Shown piece after piece: positions 46,385 through 56,707 of a stretch of DNA of 64,000 nt (positions are counted from its first letter, which is position 1; each line of letters starts with the position of its first letter). The DNA comes from an uncultured virus (IMG/VR IMGVR_UViG_3300029258_002844). Taxonomy: Duplodnaviria; Heunggongvirae; Uroviricota; Caudoviricetes. The translations under genes were made by a program, and so were the position numbers. Below the pieces are notes generated by a model, which did not search any database, had not been told where the DNA came from, and worked only from the letters and a program-made list of their open reading frames with translations. Where the stretch lies: the IMG/VR virus record IMGVR_UViG_3300029258_002844, one strand, 5' to 3'.

Positions 46385-46687
46385 ATGAAGTATCAAATTG
46401 ACATTCGTACACCTAACAAGATATTTTATGTAAAAGGGCGACCGGTCCGGACACCGGCTCAATGGGTTGCTACTGAAGAAGATTTAAAAAATATCGAGTT
46501 AAAAATTAGAACTGATGCTGTTTCAGATTATACGATAGAACCGTTTAAAGCAAAACAAGTGAAACAAGAAAAACCTACCGTTATAAAAGAATCCCCCAAA
46601 CCCAAACCTCAGATTAAAGAGGAAAAACTAGATGAGACCACTACCCTAGGGAAGATTCTTAATGAAGACAAAGATGAAAATGAATAG
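46385..46687 (+). CDS. Hypothetical protein
   Basis: AAGGAG RBS. Confidence 0.6.
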   Translation: MKYQIDIRTPNKIFYVKGRPVRTPAQWVATEEDLKNIELKIRTDAVSDYTIEPFKAKQVKQEKPTVIKESPKPKPQIKEEKLDETTTLGKILNEDKDENE

Positions 46688-46692
46688 TGTGA

Positions 46693-47013
46693 ATGGAGAA
46701 GTTTATGAAAGAAATTACTATTTATCAAGCGAACAATCCGCCTATCCAACTCACGGATGATGAGGATTTAAACATTTCAGATTTCACTAAAAAACTATCT
46801 TCTATGTTAGAGGCTGGAAATGTTACTATTCTTGAAATGGAATCTGGAAATGTAATTATACGTCCTCATAAAATTGACTCAGTGCATGTTAGAGAAGTAT
46901 CACCTTTAGACTATGTTACTGAGCCTATTGAGGAAACAATTTTGCCAGAAACTACACCAATAGAACCAGACCCTATTGATGAAGAAGAGGACTACATAAC
47001 GGATGGAGATTAA
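46693..47013 (+). CDS. Hypothetical protein
   Basis: ORF in operon. Confidence 0.55.
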   Translation: MEKFMKEITIYQANNPPIQLTDDEDLNISDFTKKLSSMLEAGNVTILEMESGNVIIRPHKIDSVHVREVSPLDYVTEPIEETILPETTPIEPDPIDEEEDYITDGD

Positions 47014-47015
47014 AA

Positions 47016-47435
47016 ATGGATATAGCAATATTAGTTGCATCATTCGCTGTAGCCATAGTGTTGTTTCTCTTATTACGCAATGAGATTCGACTTGTTCGAA
47101 ATAATAAACGTGTAAAAGATTTCCAAAGTTATGCTGCAGTGTTGATGTTTCATATGGAAAAAGCATATGATATAATTTATAAAGATCGAATTTTAATATG
47201 GTCAATTGAAGCAACAAAGTTTGATGATGAAGAATATAAGAATACAGCTAAAGATTTTGCCAAATTAGTTTTACAACTGCTCGGTCCTACTCTTATAGAA
47301 GAACTAACCCTTCTCTACGGTAATGAGGAAACTCTTCTACTAAATATTACTGAGTATTTCAATACTCGTTTTGACGATGACGAGATACGTGAAACTGCTC
47401 AAAACAACTTAATGGAACATGGGATTGAGTCATGA
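47016..47435 (+). CDS. Membrane-anchored hypothetical protein
   Basis: N-terminal TM helix. Confidence 0.55.
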   Translation: MDIAILVASFAVAIVLFLLLRNEIRLVRNNKRVKDFQSYAAVLMFHMEKAYDIIYKDRILIWSIEATKFDDEEYKNTAKDFAKLVLQLLGPTLIEELTLLYGNEETLLLNITEYFNTRFDDDEIRETAQNNLMEHGIES

Positions 47436-47671
47436 AACTCTATGAAGAATATATTCAATATTTGAAAGAAGGCAAGCGGACCTCTCGCACAACAGTAACA
47501 AGAAATACAAAAATCAAACGAGCAACTGGACAGTTATCTAGTGTCGCTGCGAGAAAGAAAAATGATCCGCTTTATCAAAAAATGGTCAAATATCGAACAT
47601 TATATTTTAAGTATCGAGATATGATTCATAGAAAATACTCACCACGTGTAAGAACCAAGGCAAGGAGATAA
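47432..47671 (+). CDS. Small basic protein
   Basis: Overlapping start/stop with neighbours. Confidence 0.55.
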   Translation: MKLYEEYIQYLKEGKRTSRTTVTRNTKIKRATGQLSSVAARKKNDPLYQKMVKYRTLYFKYRDMIHRKYSPRVRTKARR

Positions 47672-47672
47672 T

Positions 47673-49574
47673 ATGCCGACTCTTAAAGATACATTTCATA
47701 AACTGAAAACTAGTATCGTTGGTACAAAAACTGTTGACATCGATACAAAACTAAACAATGCAGTAAACGACATTTCTGCATTTAAAGCAAACTCAGGAAG
47801 AAATGGTTACGTGGAGTTGGTCCGTTCTCTTATTACAAAAACAGCTGGTGGTGATATTCGACTTGACAATACTGGTGGATTATTTGGACAGGGGGCAACT
47901 TCCCCAGCAACATTTGGTCAAGGTAGTAGAATGATGAGATATAAGACTTATCAATCTATTATCTCAAATATTAATTACTGTTATCGCGCTCTTAATGTTC
48001 TTACTGATAATATACTATCACCGGATGATATCACAAAAGTTTCTCTTGAGATCAAACCAAAATCTTATCTAGGAGATGAAATTCCTACGGAATCAAAAAT
48101 TCTATCAATCAGAGAAGCAATTAAGAAATTGAAATTAGAAGACAATCTTGATAAAGTGATAAAATTTACTTTGTTATATGGCGACTTCTTTTGTGAGATT
48201 GCTGACGCTAAAACAGCTCTAACTAGTAAAGCATATTTAGCGGAGCAACTTGAAGAAGCAGTACAGATTGGTTCAAAAGAAGTTATATCATATAACCAAG
48301 ATAAATATAACATGACAATCACTATGGATTATACTGCTTCTTTTGAATCTAAAAATACAGTAGTCTCAACACCTAAAGATAAGAAAGACAAATCTGGAAA
48401 AATCCCAGTAGAGAATCTTAACTTAGTATTTCATGATCCTAATAGAGTAGTAAAGTTACAGAGTGATTTATTTCCCCTTTGTTTTGGATATTTAATTTTT
48501 CCAAAATCAGTCACTCACCCACAACAAATGATGCAGGATCAGGTTGTTGATACTCTTTGCACGCAGATTCTCAAGAGTCTTGAAAAAAGAATTCCTCAAA
48601 TTAAAGAGGTTGCTGATGATGATGAGTTAAAGAACATTGTCAACGCCATGATCAAAGAAACTGATCAATCAAGATCTATGAACATTCGTTATATTCCACC
48701 AGATCGAATTCAACACTTTTTGATTCCATCTATGAAATATGCTCCATACGGTGAATCTATTTTTGATAGTACTCAATATTCAGCTAAAGTTTTGGTTGCT
48801 TTAGAAACAGCTCTTGCTATTCAACGTATCTCAAGATCTACTGAGAAAAGAAAAATAGCTATTGAACTTGGTCTTCCTCGTGATGCTCGTAAAATGATTG
48901 AGAGGATGAAAGAGGAATTCAGAAAAAGAAAGGTTAGTTTAGACTCTTTCGGAACCATTGACACCATTCCTAGTTTAATAACAACATTTGAAGATATTTA
49001 TATTCCTCAAAAGGATGGTAAAGCGTTTGTGGATGTAGATACTTTTACTGGTGGAAATGTTGACGTAAGAAGTAAAGTTGATGAATTGAAATATCTGCGA
49101 GATTCAACAGTCGCATCCCTTGGTGTTCCACCAAGCTTTTTAAACATAGAAGAAAACCTATCCAACAAAGCAGCACTTGGTGAAGAGAACATTCTTTTTG
49201 CAAGAACTATTATTGCACATCAAAAAGACATAACTCATGGACTAAATGAATTAATACAAAAAGTGTTTGATATTATAGATCCTGAGGGTGCTCTTGTTAT
49301 TTTAGATCAGGTTATTATTACTCTTCCGCCACCAAAATCATTACAGTTTGAACGAGAGGCAAAATACATTGGGGATTTAACTAACCTCATTGAATCTCTT
49401 GAAAGAATTGGTGTTCCAAAAGAATATTCAAAGAAGAAGTATCTCACCAATATCGATTGGGATGAAGTAGAGAACTACGGAATTGATGAAGTAATTGATA
49501 AGAAACTTGGAACAGACAAGAAAGATGATGATGGTGGTCTAGGCGGTATGGGTGGCGGTATGGGAGGATTTTAA
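47673..49574 (+). CDS. Portal protein (T4 gp20-like)
   Basis: YGDFF, PYGESI, E.A..I.RI.R, ED.YIP, L.Y......LGVP.S, I.F.R pattern; head-module position. Confidence 0.8.
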   Translation: MPTLKDTFHKLKTSIVGTKTVDIDTKLNNAVNDISAFKANSGRNGYVELVRSLITKTAGGDIRLDNTGGLFGQGATSPATFGQGSRMMRYKTYQSIISNINYCYRALNVLTDNILSPDDITKVSLEIKPKSYLGDEIPTESKILSIREAIKKLKLEDNLDKVIKFTLLYGDFFCEIADAKTALTSKAYLAEQLEEAVQIGSKEVISYNQDKYNMTITMDYTASFESKNTVVSTPKDKKDKSGKIPVENLNLVFHDPNRVVKLQSDLFPLCFGYLIFPKSVTHPQQMMQDQVVDTLCTQILKSLEKRIPQIKEVADDDELKNIVNAMIKETDQSRSMNIRYIPPDRIQHFLIPSMKYAPYGESIFDSTQYSAKVLVALETALAIQRISRSTEKRKIAIELGLPRDARKMIERMKEEFRKRKVSLDSFGTIDTIPSLITTFEDIYIPQKDGKAFVDVDTFTGGNVDVRSKVDELKYLRDSTVASLGVPPSFLNIEENLSNKAALGEENILFARTIIAHQKDITHGLNELIQKVFDIIDPEGALVILDQVIITLPPPKSLQFEREAKYIGDLTNLIESLERIGVPKEYSKKKYLTNIDWDEVENYGIDEVIDKKLGTDKKDDDGGLGGMGGGMGGF

Positions 49575-49595
49575 CATGACCATAGGAGTTAAGAT

Positions 49596-50234
49596 ATGAA
49601 TCTTGATGCTCAACATATAATACGACAAATGAAAGATGTGTTAGAAAAATCATTTGCCTCAAATACACAGTTTGACAGCTATACCGATAAGCATCCAGAT
49701 GCACGCCAAGATTTTGCTGATGTGCCAACTGCAGATGATGACGATGAATATAAGACTAATGTAGACTTCCCAATGGAACAAGTCAAAGAAGCTGAGGAAG
49801 AAGAAGCTCCACCAGAAGAAGAAATGCCAGCTGAGGAAGCACCTGAAGAAGGTGGTGAGATGCCTCCTGATGCAGAGATGGGTGGTATGGAAGGAATGCC
49901 TGGCGAAGAAGGTATGGGTGACATGGGTGGTATGGGTGAAGAGGATGAAGGTCCACAAGATCTCACAGAAGTCGGTCGTAGATTTGAGTTAAAGAAAATA
50001 TATACAAGATTAGTTGCTATTCAAGCTCACTTAAATACAGCAACAGATGAAGAGTTGATTGATATAAGAAACTTTGTATCACAAGCTTTAAATTTGTTTA
50101 AAGTGTTAATAAATAACATCGATTTGTACAAAGAAAAAATTGATGAAGTTCTTATAGTATTTTATAAGTTTGTCGTGCATGTTTATGATATGCTAAGTAA
50201 GTATTATAAGACCAAGGCAAACAAGGAGAAATAA
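49596..50234 (+). CDS. Hypothetical head-module protein with acidic Gly/Met linker
   Basis: ORF after portal. Confidence 0.6.
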   Translation: MNLDAQHIIRQMKDVLEKSFASNTQFDSYTDKHPDARQDFADVPTADDDDEYKTNVDFPMEQVKEAEEEEAPPEEEMPAEEAPEEGGEMPPDAEMGGMEGMPGEEGMGDMGGMGEEDEGPQDLTEVGRRFELKKIYTRLVAIQAHLNTATDEELIDIRNFVSQALNLFKVLINNIDLYKEKIDEVLIVFYKFVVHVYDMLSKYYKTKANKEK

Positions 50235-51127
50235 TGTTATGTAAATACGGCTGCGGGCAAGAAGCAAAACATCAATTTAAAAATGGTAATTGGTGTTGCA
50301 GTCAACATGCAAGTTCATGCCCAAATGTCAAAAACAAAATAAAGTGTTCACACAATACAGAAGAATTCATAAAAAAACAGAGTAGAGCTTTACAAAAATA
50401 CTACAAAAACACACCAGATGCTATAGAACAAAACAGAAAACGTGTTCGTAAATTCTACAAAAATGAATCACCAGAACAAAAGCTAAAAAGAATTGAGAAA
50501 CATAAAAAATCTCACAGTGGTGAACAATTTATTAAAAACCAAAGTATTAAATCAAAAAGAACAATTTCTCAAATTAAAAAACGATATCCAATTTTTGCAA
50601 TTGAAGAAGAGATGAGATATGATCCAGATAAACCAGGTGAAAGAGAAATACAAACAAGATGTAAAAATCATAACTGTATAAATTCAAAAGAGAAAGATGG
50701 TTGGTTTACTCCAACTAGTTCACAAATTGACAATAGAATGGCATCACTTGATCGATATGGAGAAGGTGGTAGTTATCTTTATTGTTCAGACCAATGTAAA
50801 AATAGTTGTAGTTTATTTAATAAAAGAGTATCCCAACTTATAGAAGATGATAAAATCACAGGCGGGCGTGTTCAAGAAATACAATATACAGATAGTGAGT
50901 ATCATGTTTTTCGCAAAGAAGTTCTAAAACGAGCAGATTATAAATGTGAATACTGTGGTAGTAAAGCAACAATTGTTCATCATTCAAGACCGCAAAAATT
51001 AGAACCATTTTTTGCTCTTGATCCAGATTATGGAATTGCATGCTGCCAAGATTGTCATCATCAATATGGACACACACCAAGAACAGAATGTTCTACAGGT
51101 TCACTAGCAAATATACTTTGCATATAA
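50234..51127 (+). CDS. HNH endonuclease (CxYGCG family)
   Basis: CKYGCG...WCCS...CP; CEYCG...HH...CC..CH. Confidence 0.8.
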   Translation: MLCKYGCGQEAKHQFKNGNWCCSQHASSCPNVKNKIKCSHNTEEFIKKQSRALQKYYKNTPDAIEQNRKRVRKFYKNESPEQKLKRIEKHKKSHSGEQFIKNQSIKSKRTISQIKKRYPIFAIEEEMRYDPDKPGEREIQTRCKNHNCINSKEKDGWFTPTSSQIDNRMASLDRYGEGGSYLYCSDQCKNSCSLFNKRVSQLIEDDKITGGRVQEIQYTDSEYHVFRKEVLKRADYKCEYCGSKATIVHHSRPQKLEPFFALDPDYGIACCQDCHHQYGHTPRTECSTGSLANILCI

Positions 51128-51138
51128 GGAGAATAATA

Positions 51139-51798
51139 ATGTCTTTTTTCATCCAAGAGGGTGCAATCTATCAAGAAGCTAAGATTGTGCATCAAACCCC
51201 AGGCAAAGCAAGATTTAGAATGACTCTACAAGGTATGAACGAGATTAACCAAAATCATAGATTATATCCCGATACCGTATTAATGAAAGGGATGGAAAAT
51301 TGTAGAGAACGATGTAGTCGAGGTGCCTTCTTTGGTGAACTTGATCATCCATTTCCTAGTGGCAACGAGCAATTTGATGCAGTTAGACAAACCACTGTAT
51401 CTCTAAAAGAAGTATCCCATATTATTAGAGATTTTGAACAACGTGGCAATTTGCTTATTGGTGAAATTGAAACTGCATCAACACCAAATGGATCTATCCT
51501 ACATGGTTTATTGAAAGATAAATCTGGTATTGGTATGAGCATGCGGGGACTTGCTGAGTTAGAACGACTCCAAGATCATAACGTTGTAAAAGACCCGCTC
51601 ATGATTGTTTCCTATGATTCTGTATCACTACCTAGTCATAAAGGAGCAGTTGTTGATTTTAATGAAATGAAATTTGAATCTAATATGTTAGTAGAGAATC
51701 AACAAATGATTTGTTTTAATGGCAGATGTTTTCTACCGAACTATTTTGATAAACTCATTGAAACAAAGATGATCAACTTTTTTACGAGGTGGGTATAA
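51139..51798 (+). CDS. Prohead protease (T4 gp21-like)
   Basis: N.N.R.Y, GELDHP, VSH, TPNG, GMSMRG, YD.V..PS. Confidence 0.9.
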   Translation: MSFFIQEGAIYQEAKIVHQTPGKARFRMTLQGMNEINQNHRLYPDTVLMKGMENCRERCSRGAFFGELDHPFPSGNEQFDAVRQTTVSLKEVSHIIRDFEQRGNLLIGEIETASTPNGSILHGLLKDKSGIGMSMRGLAELERLQDHNVVKDPLMIVSYDSVSLPSHKGAVVDFNEMKFESNMLVENQQMICFNGRCFLPNYFDKLIETKMINFFTRWV

Positions 51799-51917
51799 TG
51801 GTTCCGACACTAAAAGAAAAAGATTATTTAGATCTTCTCAAGTCAAGCTCTTCTAATCATGAGATATTCAATATCAGAAAAGAGGTTGAGGAAGAAACTC
51901 CATGTGAATCTCAATGA
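51798..51917 (+). CDS. Small ORF ending CESQ-TGA (possible readthrough to 51953)
   Basis: TAATG coupling to the protease gene. Confidence 0.35.
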   Translation: MVPTLKEKDYLDLLKSSSSNHEIFNIRKEVEEETPCESQ

Positions 51918-51994
51918 GGTAAAGACAAAAATAAATCCCAGGTAGGGGTTTAGAAACAAACTATTTGTTTAAGAAACAATCTAGGAGAAAAACT

Positions 51995-52306
51995 ATGAGA
52001 ATAGTGAAAACCGATTCCGACTTAAAGATAGAACAAATACAAAATAACAGAGATTTTATCTCATCTGTTCTTGATGAAATTTTTTTAATTTGTAGAAATG
52101 ATGGAGTCTTTAAAAGCGTCAAAAATAAAATTGGAGATGTTGATACACAAGTAGAAACATTCAATAAAAAACTTCAAAAACAAACTTCGTTGGTATCACA
52201 TGCCAAGGAGATTGAAAAAGACGTTAGACAAAAGATAGCAATCATTGATGAACAGAATGAAAAAATGAAAGATGAATTGCTTGAACAGTTAGGAAGTTCA
52301 TTATGA
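51995..52306 (+). CDS. Coiled-coil protein (possible scaffold)
   Basis: AGGAG RBS; between protease and capsid genes. Confidence 0.55.
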   Translation: MRIVKTDSDLKIEQIQNNRDFISSVLDEIFLICRNDGVFKSVKNKIGDVDTQVETFNKKLQKQTSLVSHAKEIEKDVRQKIAIIDEQNEKMKDELLEQLGSSL

Positions 52307-52719
52307 ATATTATTGAAACGAATATTCCGGACGTTGATATCAGTAACGTCAGTAAAGCAAAAGTCATGTTAGCAAATAAGATTATCAGAAATGTATATCC
52401 GTTATTTGATGAAATACATTCTGATAAGATTACTAAAATAAAGTCAATTAAACGAAACTTACAGGAAACAAGACAACAAGTGGTTTCACAAAAGAATCTG
52501 CTGGAACAGTTAATTAGTGCCTACTCCAGAAAAAAGAAAATTAAGAAATTACTTGATCGAGTTTCAAAATTAGTTTCATCAGGTTTAGTATATGATGGAT
52601 CTCTGCGGACAGAGACTATTGTATTGTTAAAGGTAATTGATAAATTACCAGAAGATAAGTTAGATCATCATCTTCGTGATTCGATGACAAATATTACAAA
52701 AAGGTTTGGTAAACCGTAA
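52303..52719 (+). CDS. Hypothetical coiled-coil protein
   Basis: Coupled ORF upstream of capsid gene. Confidence 0.55.
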   Translation: MNIIETNIPDVDISNVSKAKVMLANKIIRNVYPLFDEIHSDKITKIKSIKRNLQETRQQVVSQKNLLEQLISAYSRKKKIKKLLDRVSKLVSSGLVYDGSLRTETIVLLKVIDKLPEDKLDHHLRDSMTNITKRFGKP

Positions 52720-52741
52720 GTATAATTAAGGAGGAAACCCA

Positions 52742-54196
52742 ATGAAAGAAATTTTAACTGAAGTTTACAGAACTACTAAAAAGATGTCTGGTATCGATCC
52801 TTCGAAACCGGGCAACATGAAGCAGATTCTAGTAGACGACAGCGCATTTAACATTTATGTTACTGGTCTTGCTGAGTCCATTGAGAATCAAAAAGATCGT
52901 AAGGCTTTTGTTCAACTGGCTGAGAATACACGTGTTAACCTTTTGGAAAATTCAATGTTCCAGATCAATCCATATGAAACATTGACGCTCCCAATCCTTC
53001 GCGTGTTTTATCCTAAACTCGTTGCTAAAGAACTTATTACCGTCAGTCCAATGGATAAGCCTGAAGTAATCAAGGCTTTCATCACTGCCGAATTTACTCC
53101 CAACCCAAAAACTCCGAACACCACATACGCAGCACCAGTTACCTCTAAGGACGTCTCTGGCGGACCTGCAGTTGGTACACCTGTAGCAGCATCTGTGGCC
53201 GTTCCTCAAGACTCTTTCGACGTCTTGAATGTTATTGGTCTTACATCAACCGAAGCTCACCTTGAAAGAGATTTTGAAATCACAGCAGTAACTGATGGTA
53301 CTACAGAAGTTGCAGTATCTATCGTTCCAGCTGTTGAAGGTCATTTCTCCTCAAGCGTAACCACACCAGCCGGAACAGATGTTATTTCTGGTATGGTCGA
53401 CTATCTCAATGGAACTCTTGCTATTTCAAGTGCTACAGGCGTTGTACAGACAGTTAAATACAGCGTGACATGTTCCTTGGAAGAAAACAGAGTAAACCCA
53501 TACGTAAAACTCAACGTGGACAAGGTTCGTCTCTATGCCAGAGACCGTCAGATCTCCGCGAACTGGACAATCAATATGGAGCAAGATATGCGAGCTCTAT
53601 TTGATCTCTCCATGCAAGCTGAAATCGTCAACATCCTTGGCCAACAAATCGCGCTTGATATTGACCGTGAAATCATCGATGCTTTGATCGCTGCTAACGC
53701 ACGACTCAACTCCGGCGTACATACCAAGACCTTCAACAGGACTCCTCCTGGTGGATATGCTTGGGGAACGAAATACTGGCATGAGAACATCATCCCAACG
53801 ATGAATGAACTCTCTGCTCAAATCTACACCGACACAAACATGGAAGCTGGTAATACTATCGCTTGTAATCCACTTGACGCTGCTATCCTCGAAGATCTCC
53901 AAACGTTTAATTACACTGGAACATCTTCAACAGACGGTGATGTTGGTTACAGAAGCGCTACAGTAGCTGGCGGAAAATGGAGAGTGCTGACATCAGCAGT
54001 CGTACCACAAGGCACAATGGTTATGGTTTACAAACCAGCCGAAGAGCTCAAGTGTGTATATCTCTATTGTCCCTATGTGCCTGCAGTATTACACCCTTAT
54101 CCGTTGGGCGCAACTCCATCTCTAACAATTCTAAGTCGTTATGCGACTAGCCTTGTTAGAAGCAATGGAATTTGTGCTCTCAATATTGGTGCATAA
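52742..54196 (+). CDS. Major capsid protein (T4 gp23-like)
   Basis: V.PM..P, R.I.A.WT...EQD, I.L.IDREII, YCPYVP, SRY; strong codon bias; terminator downstream. Confidence 0.9.
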   Translation: MKEILTEVYRTTKKMSGIDPSKPGNMKQILVDDSAFNIYVTGLAESIENQKDRKAFVQLAENTRVNLLENSMFQINPYETLTLPILRVFYPKLVAKELITVSPMDKPEVIKAFITAEFTPNPKTPNTTYAAPVTSKDVSGGPAVGTPVAASVAVPQDSFDVLNVIGLTSTEAHLERDFEITAVTDGTTEVAVSIVPAVEGHFSSSVTTPAGTDVISGMVDYLNGTLAISSATGVVQTVKYSVTCSLEENRVNPYVKLNVDKVRLYARDRQISANWTINMEQDMRALFDLSMQAEIVNILGQQIALDIDREIIDALIAANARLNSGVHTKTFNRTPPGGYAWGTKYWHENIIPTMNELSAQIYTDTNMEAGNTIACNPLDAAILEDLQTFNYTGTSSTDGDVGYRSATVAGGKWRVLTSAVVPQGTMVMVYKPAEELKCVYLYCPYVPAVLHPYPLGATPSLTILSRYATSLVRSNGICALNIGA

Positions 54197-54219
54197 GAAA
54201 CGGGTTAATTAACAAATAT

Positions 54220-54253
54220 AATGTCCAAGGAGTTTCGACTCCTTGGACATTTT
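54220..54253 (+). terminator. Intrinsic terminator after capsid gene
   Basis: ATGTCCAAGGAGT-TTCG-ACTCCTTGGACAT-TTT. Confidence 0.85.
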
Positions 54254-54299
54254 CCGTCGAAAAATTCTACTATAAGAACAAAAACAAAAGGCGGAGAAT

Positions 54300-55118
54300 A
54301 TGTTGAATAAAGTAACAAATAGAAGACAAGCAATTCATAATATACAAGACGTATCTTTTGTTAGTTGCCCATATTGTGAACACTCTAAAGAATATCAGAT
54401 GTTGCATTGGAAACATTTAAAAGATAGTCATAATAAGACAATTTATGATGTTAGGAACGAGTTTCCAGATATTCCAACAATGACATTACAAGAATCAAGA
54501 AGAAGAAGCAAAGCAAGAATTAAATGTGATAATAAAATTACAAGAACATGTGAAAAGAAATATGGTGGTATTGGATATGCCAGTAAAGTATTAGAAAAGA
54601 AAGTAAGAAAGTCAATGACGAAAATATATGGTGTAGGAAATCCCATGCAAAATAAGAAAGTATCAAGTAAATTTAACGGTGATGGGAATCCTATGAGAAA
54701 TCCTGAAACAGCAAAAAAAGTCTCGAATACTTTAACGGGTCGTCCATCTCCTCTAAAAGGCAAAACTTACGAAGAAATTCTTGGACCAGAACGAGCCACA
54801 GAACGACTAGAAGAACTCCGCATCTCTGGAGCTCTTGGTCAATCCCTCACACCATTCATTTCGGAACCTCAAAAACAACTTTTTGAAATGGTAAAAGAAG
54901 TTTACCCAACAGCCGTGATGGAGTATCCTATTTTTGGTTATTGTATTGATATAGCAGTTCCAGAGCTAAAATTAGCTTTTGAATATGATGGTTCATATTG
55001 GCATGATGCAGAAAAAGACAAAATGAGAGATGAAATTTTAGAACAATTAGGTTGGAAGACAGTCCGTTTTGTGGACCATCTTCCAACCAAGTTATTAACG
55101 ACGATTCAAAATGATTAA
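54300..55118 (+). CDS. DUF559/Vsr-like homing-endonuclease-type protein
   Basis: SEPQ, IDIA, FEYDGSYWH...D..RD..L...GW. Confidence 0.75.
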   Translation: MLNKVTNRRQAIHNIQDVSFVSCPYCEHSKEYQMLHWKHLKDSHNKTIYDVRNEFPDIPTMTLQESRRRSKARIKCDNKITRTCEKKYGGIGYASKVLEKKVRKSMTKIYGVGNPMQNKKVSSKFNGDGNPMRNPETAKKVSNTLTGRPSPLKGKTYEEILGPERATERLEELRISGALGQSLTPFISEPQKQLFEMVKEVYPTAVMEYPIFGYCIDIAVPELKLAFEYDGSYWHDAEKDKMRDEILEQLGWKTVRFVDHLPTKLLTTIQND

Positions 55119-55291
55119 TGAATCTACATCGAACGTATGTTTGGTAGTCAACTCGATCCGCTCTTGTACAGTACCGCAAGATCGACCGAATGCTGTTCTT
55201 CTCTTACGTTCGTCAGGAAACTTGTCCAATATTGTTTGTACTCTTCTGAGAAGATAATCTTCCCTTTCTTTTGTTAAAGACATAGTTCCCC

Positions 55292-55678
55292 CTATGCTGC
55301 TTCTAATTTTCTATAACCACTTCGGGCTCTGGTTTCCTCTGCAATGATAATTTCCATAATGAATTTTGTAACAGTGGTCCAGTCTCTGAGAGATTGTCGA
55401 GGCATATCCCAATCACCATCATTACCACCCCTCCATTCTTGAACTTCCCAGTAACCCGATGAACTCCATGTGAGATACCAAGCTCTTGAGTGTTTTTGGT
55501 CTCGTTCAATTATTATGGTGTTAGCGGTTACGGTTACTTCATAACCCTGTTCCCTTGCCGTTGACGCAATGTTGCCCCTTGATCTTGTACGAAAACGTCT
55601 ACTCATGTTACATTCTCCTTTACTAAAAAGGGTTTTGATGTTAAGGATTGCTCGATTAAAATCGGCATCATCCCTCAT
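55292..55678 (-). CDS. Hypothetical protein
   Basis: ORF; AAGGAG RBS precedes an internal ATG (MSRRF). Confidence 0.55.
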   Translation of the reverse strand: MRDDADFNRAILNIKTLFSKGECNMSRRFRTRSRGNIASTAREQGYEVTVTANTIIIERDQKHSRAWYLTWSSSGYWEVQEWRGGNDGDWDMPRQSLRDWTTVTKFIMEIIIAEETRARSGYRKLEAA

Positions 55679-56311
55679 GTTAAGATTACAATATCTTAAC
55701 TTTCATATAGTAATATATATGGTAAAATAATCCAACCAAAACAAAGAATCGGGTGGGGTCAGATAAGAGAACTCCCGTGTGGTGAAACTCCCTTTTTACG
55801 TATCCTCGACCCCACCCGAACTGTTAAACTCTGGAAACTTGGCTCCACACTGTTCAAGCAAAGAACCGAGAAGGGTTAGCATTGTAATATCACCTTCCCA
55901 TCCAACCTCAGCAAGACTGTTGGCAATTCTTTGAGCAGCCTTTTGGACTTCATCAGTGCCGTCTAAGATTTCAACCTTTACTGGAGGTACAACCATGTCT
56001 GCTCTCCCCTTTCAAGAACCATCCAACCATGAGATTTTTGTTCAAGTTCAAACAGGACTTCCAATCCTTTGTCCATTATTTTACAATCTGTCCTAACAAG
56101 CAAATTGGATGCGCCACATTTTGCACAGTATTCAACTGTACCATGGAGGTTCCAGAAAGCTCTAGAACCTCCACCCTCACCACATTTTCCACACCACCAC
56201 TGATAGAACCCATCCATCAACGGTTTGTATGTTCCGATTGAGGTTATTTCGGAGGCGTCCATCTCTTTACCTGTGTTTCCATTTATGTACGTCTTCTGCC
56301 GTAAGTGCATG

Positions 56312-56707
56312 TCACCTCCACAGCCAAAAAAGCGTGTCACTCCCGTTGAAGTGTTCTTGATATTCTTCCTTATCATCTACAAGAGTATCTATCTTTTGAA
56401 CTTCACATATCTTGGCTTTTGATGCCCACCAATCACACTCTTCCGCCCACCAATCCCCCAAATCATCTTGCCACATTTTACAACCAGTAGACTTGAGGAA
56501 ATCAACAACAGAAATGATTTCATGATAATGAAGATCACATTCAAACCCCAATCGTCTTAATTCTGTGTTGATTTCCTCTTTGGGAGGACCTGAGATAATG
56601 AAAACTTTGTGATTTTTTTGAACACAGAATTCTAACCAGTACTTAAAAAACTCGGGTTTCGAGTCTATTGTTTTATGTAAATCAAACCCCATTCTCATCG
56701 CGTACAC
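56312..56707 (-). CDS. HAD-like protein
   Basis: GFDLHKT, ISG, K...C......VDD. Confidence 0.6.
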   Translation of the reverse strand: MYAMRMGFDLHKTIDSKPEFFKYWLEFCVQKNHKVFIISGPPKEEINTELRRLGFECDLHYHEIISVVDFLKSTGCKMWQDDLGDWWAEECDWWASKAKICEVQKIDTLVDDKEEYQEHFNGSDTLFWLWR

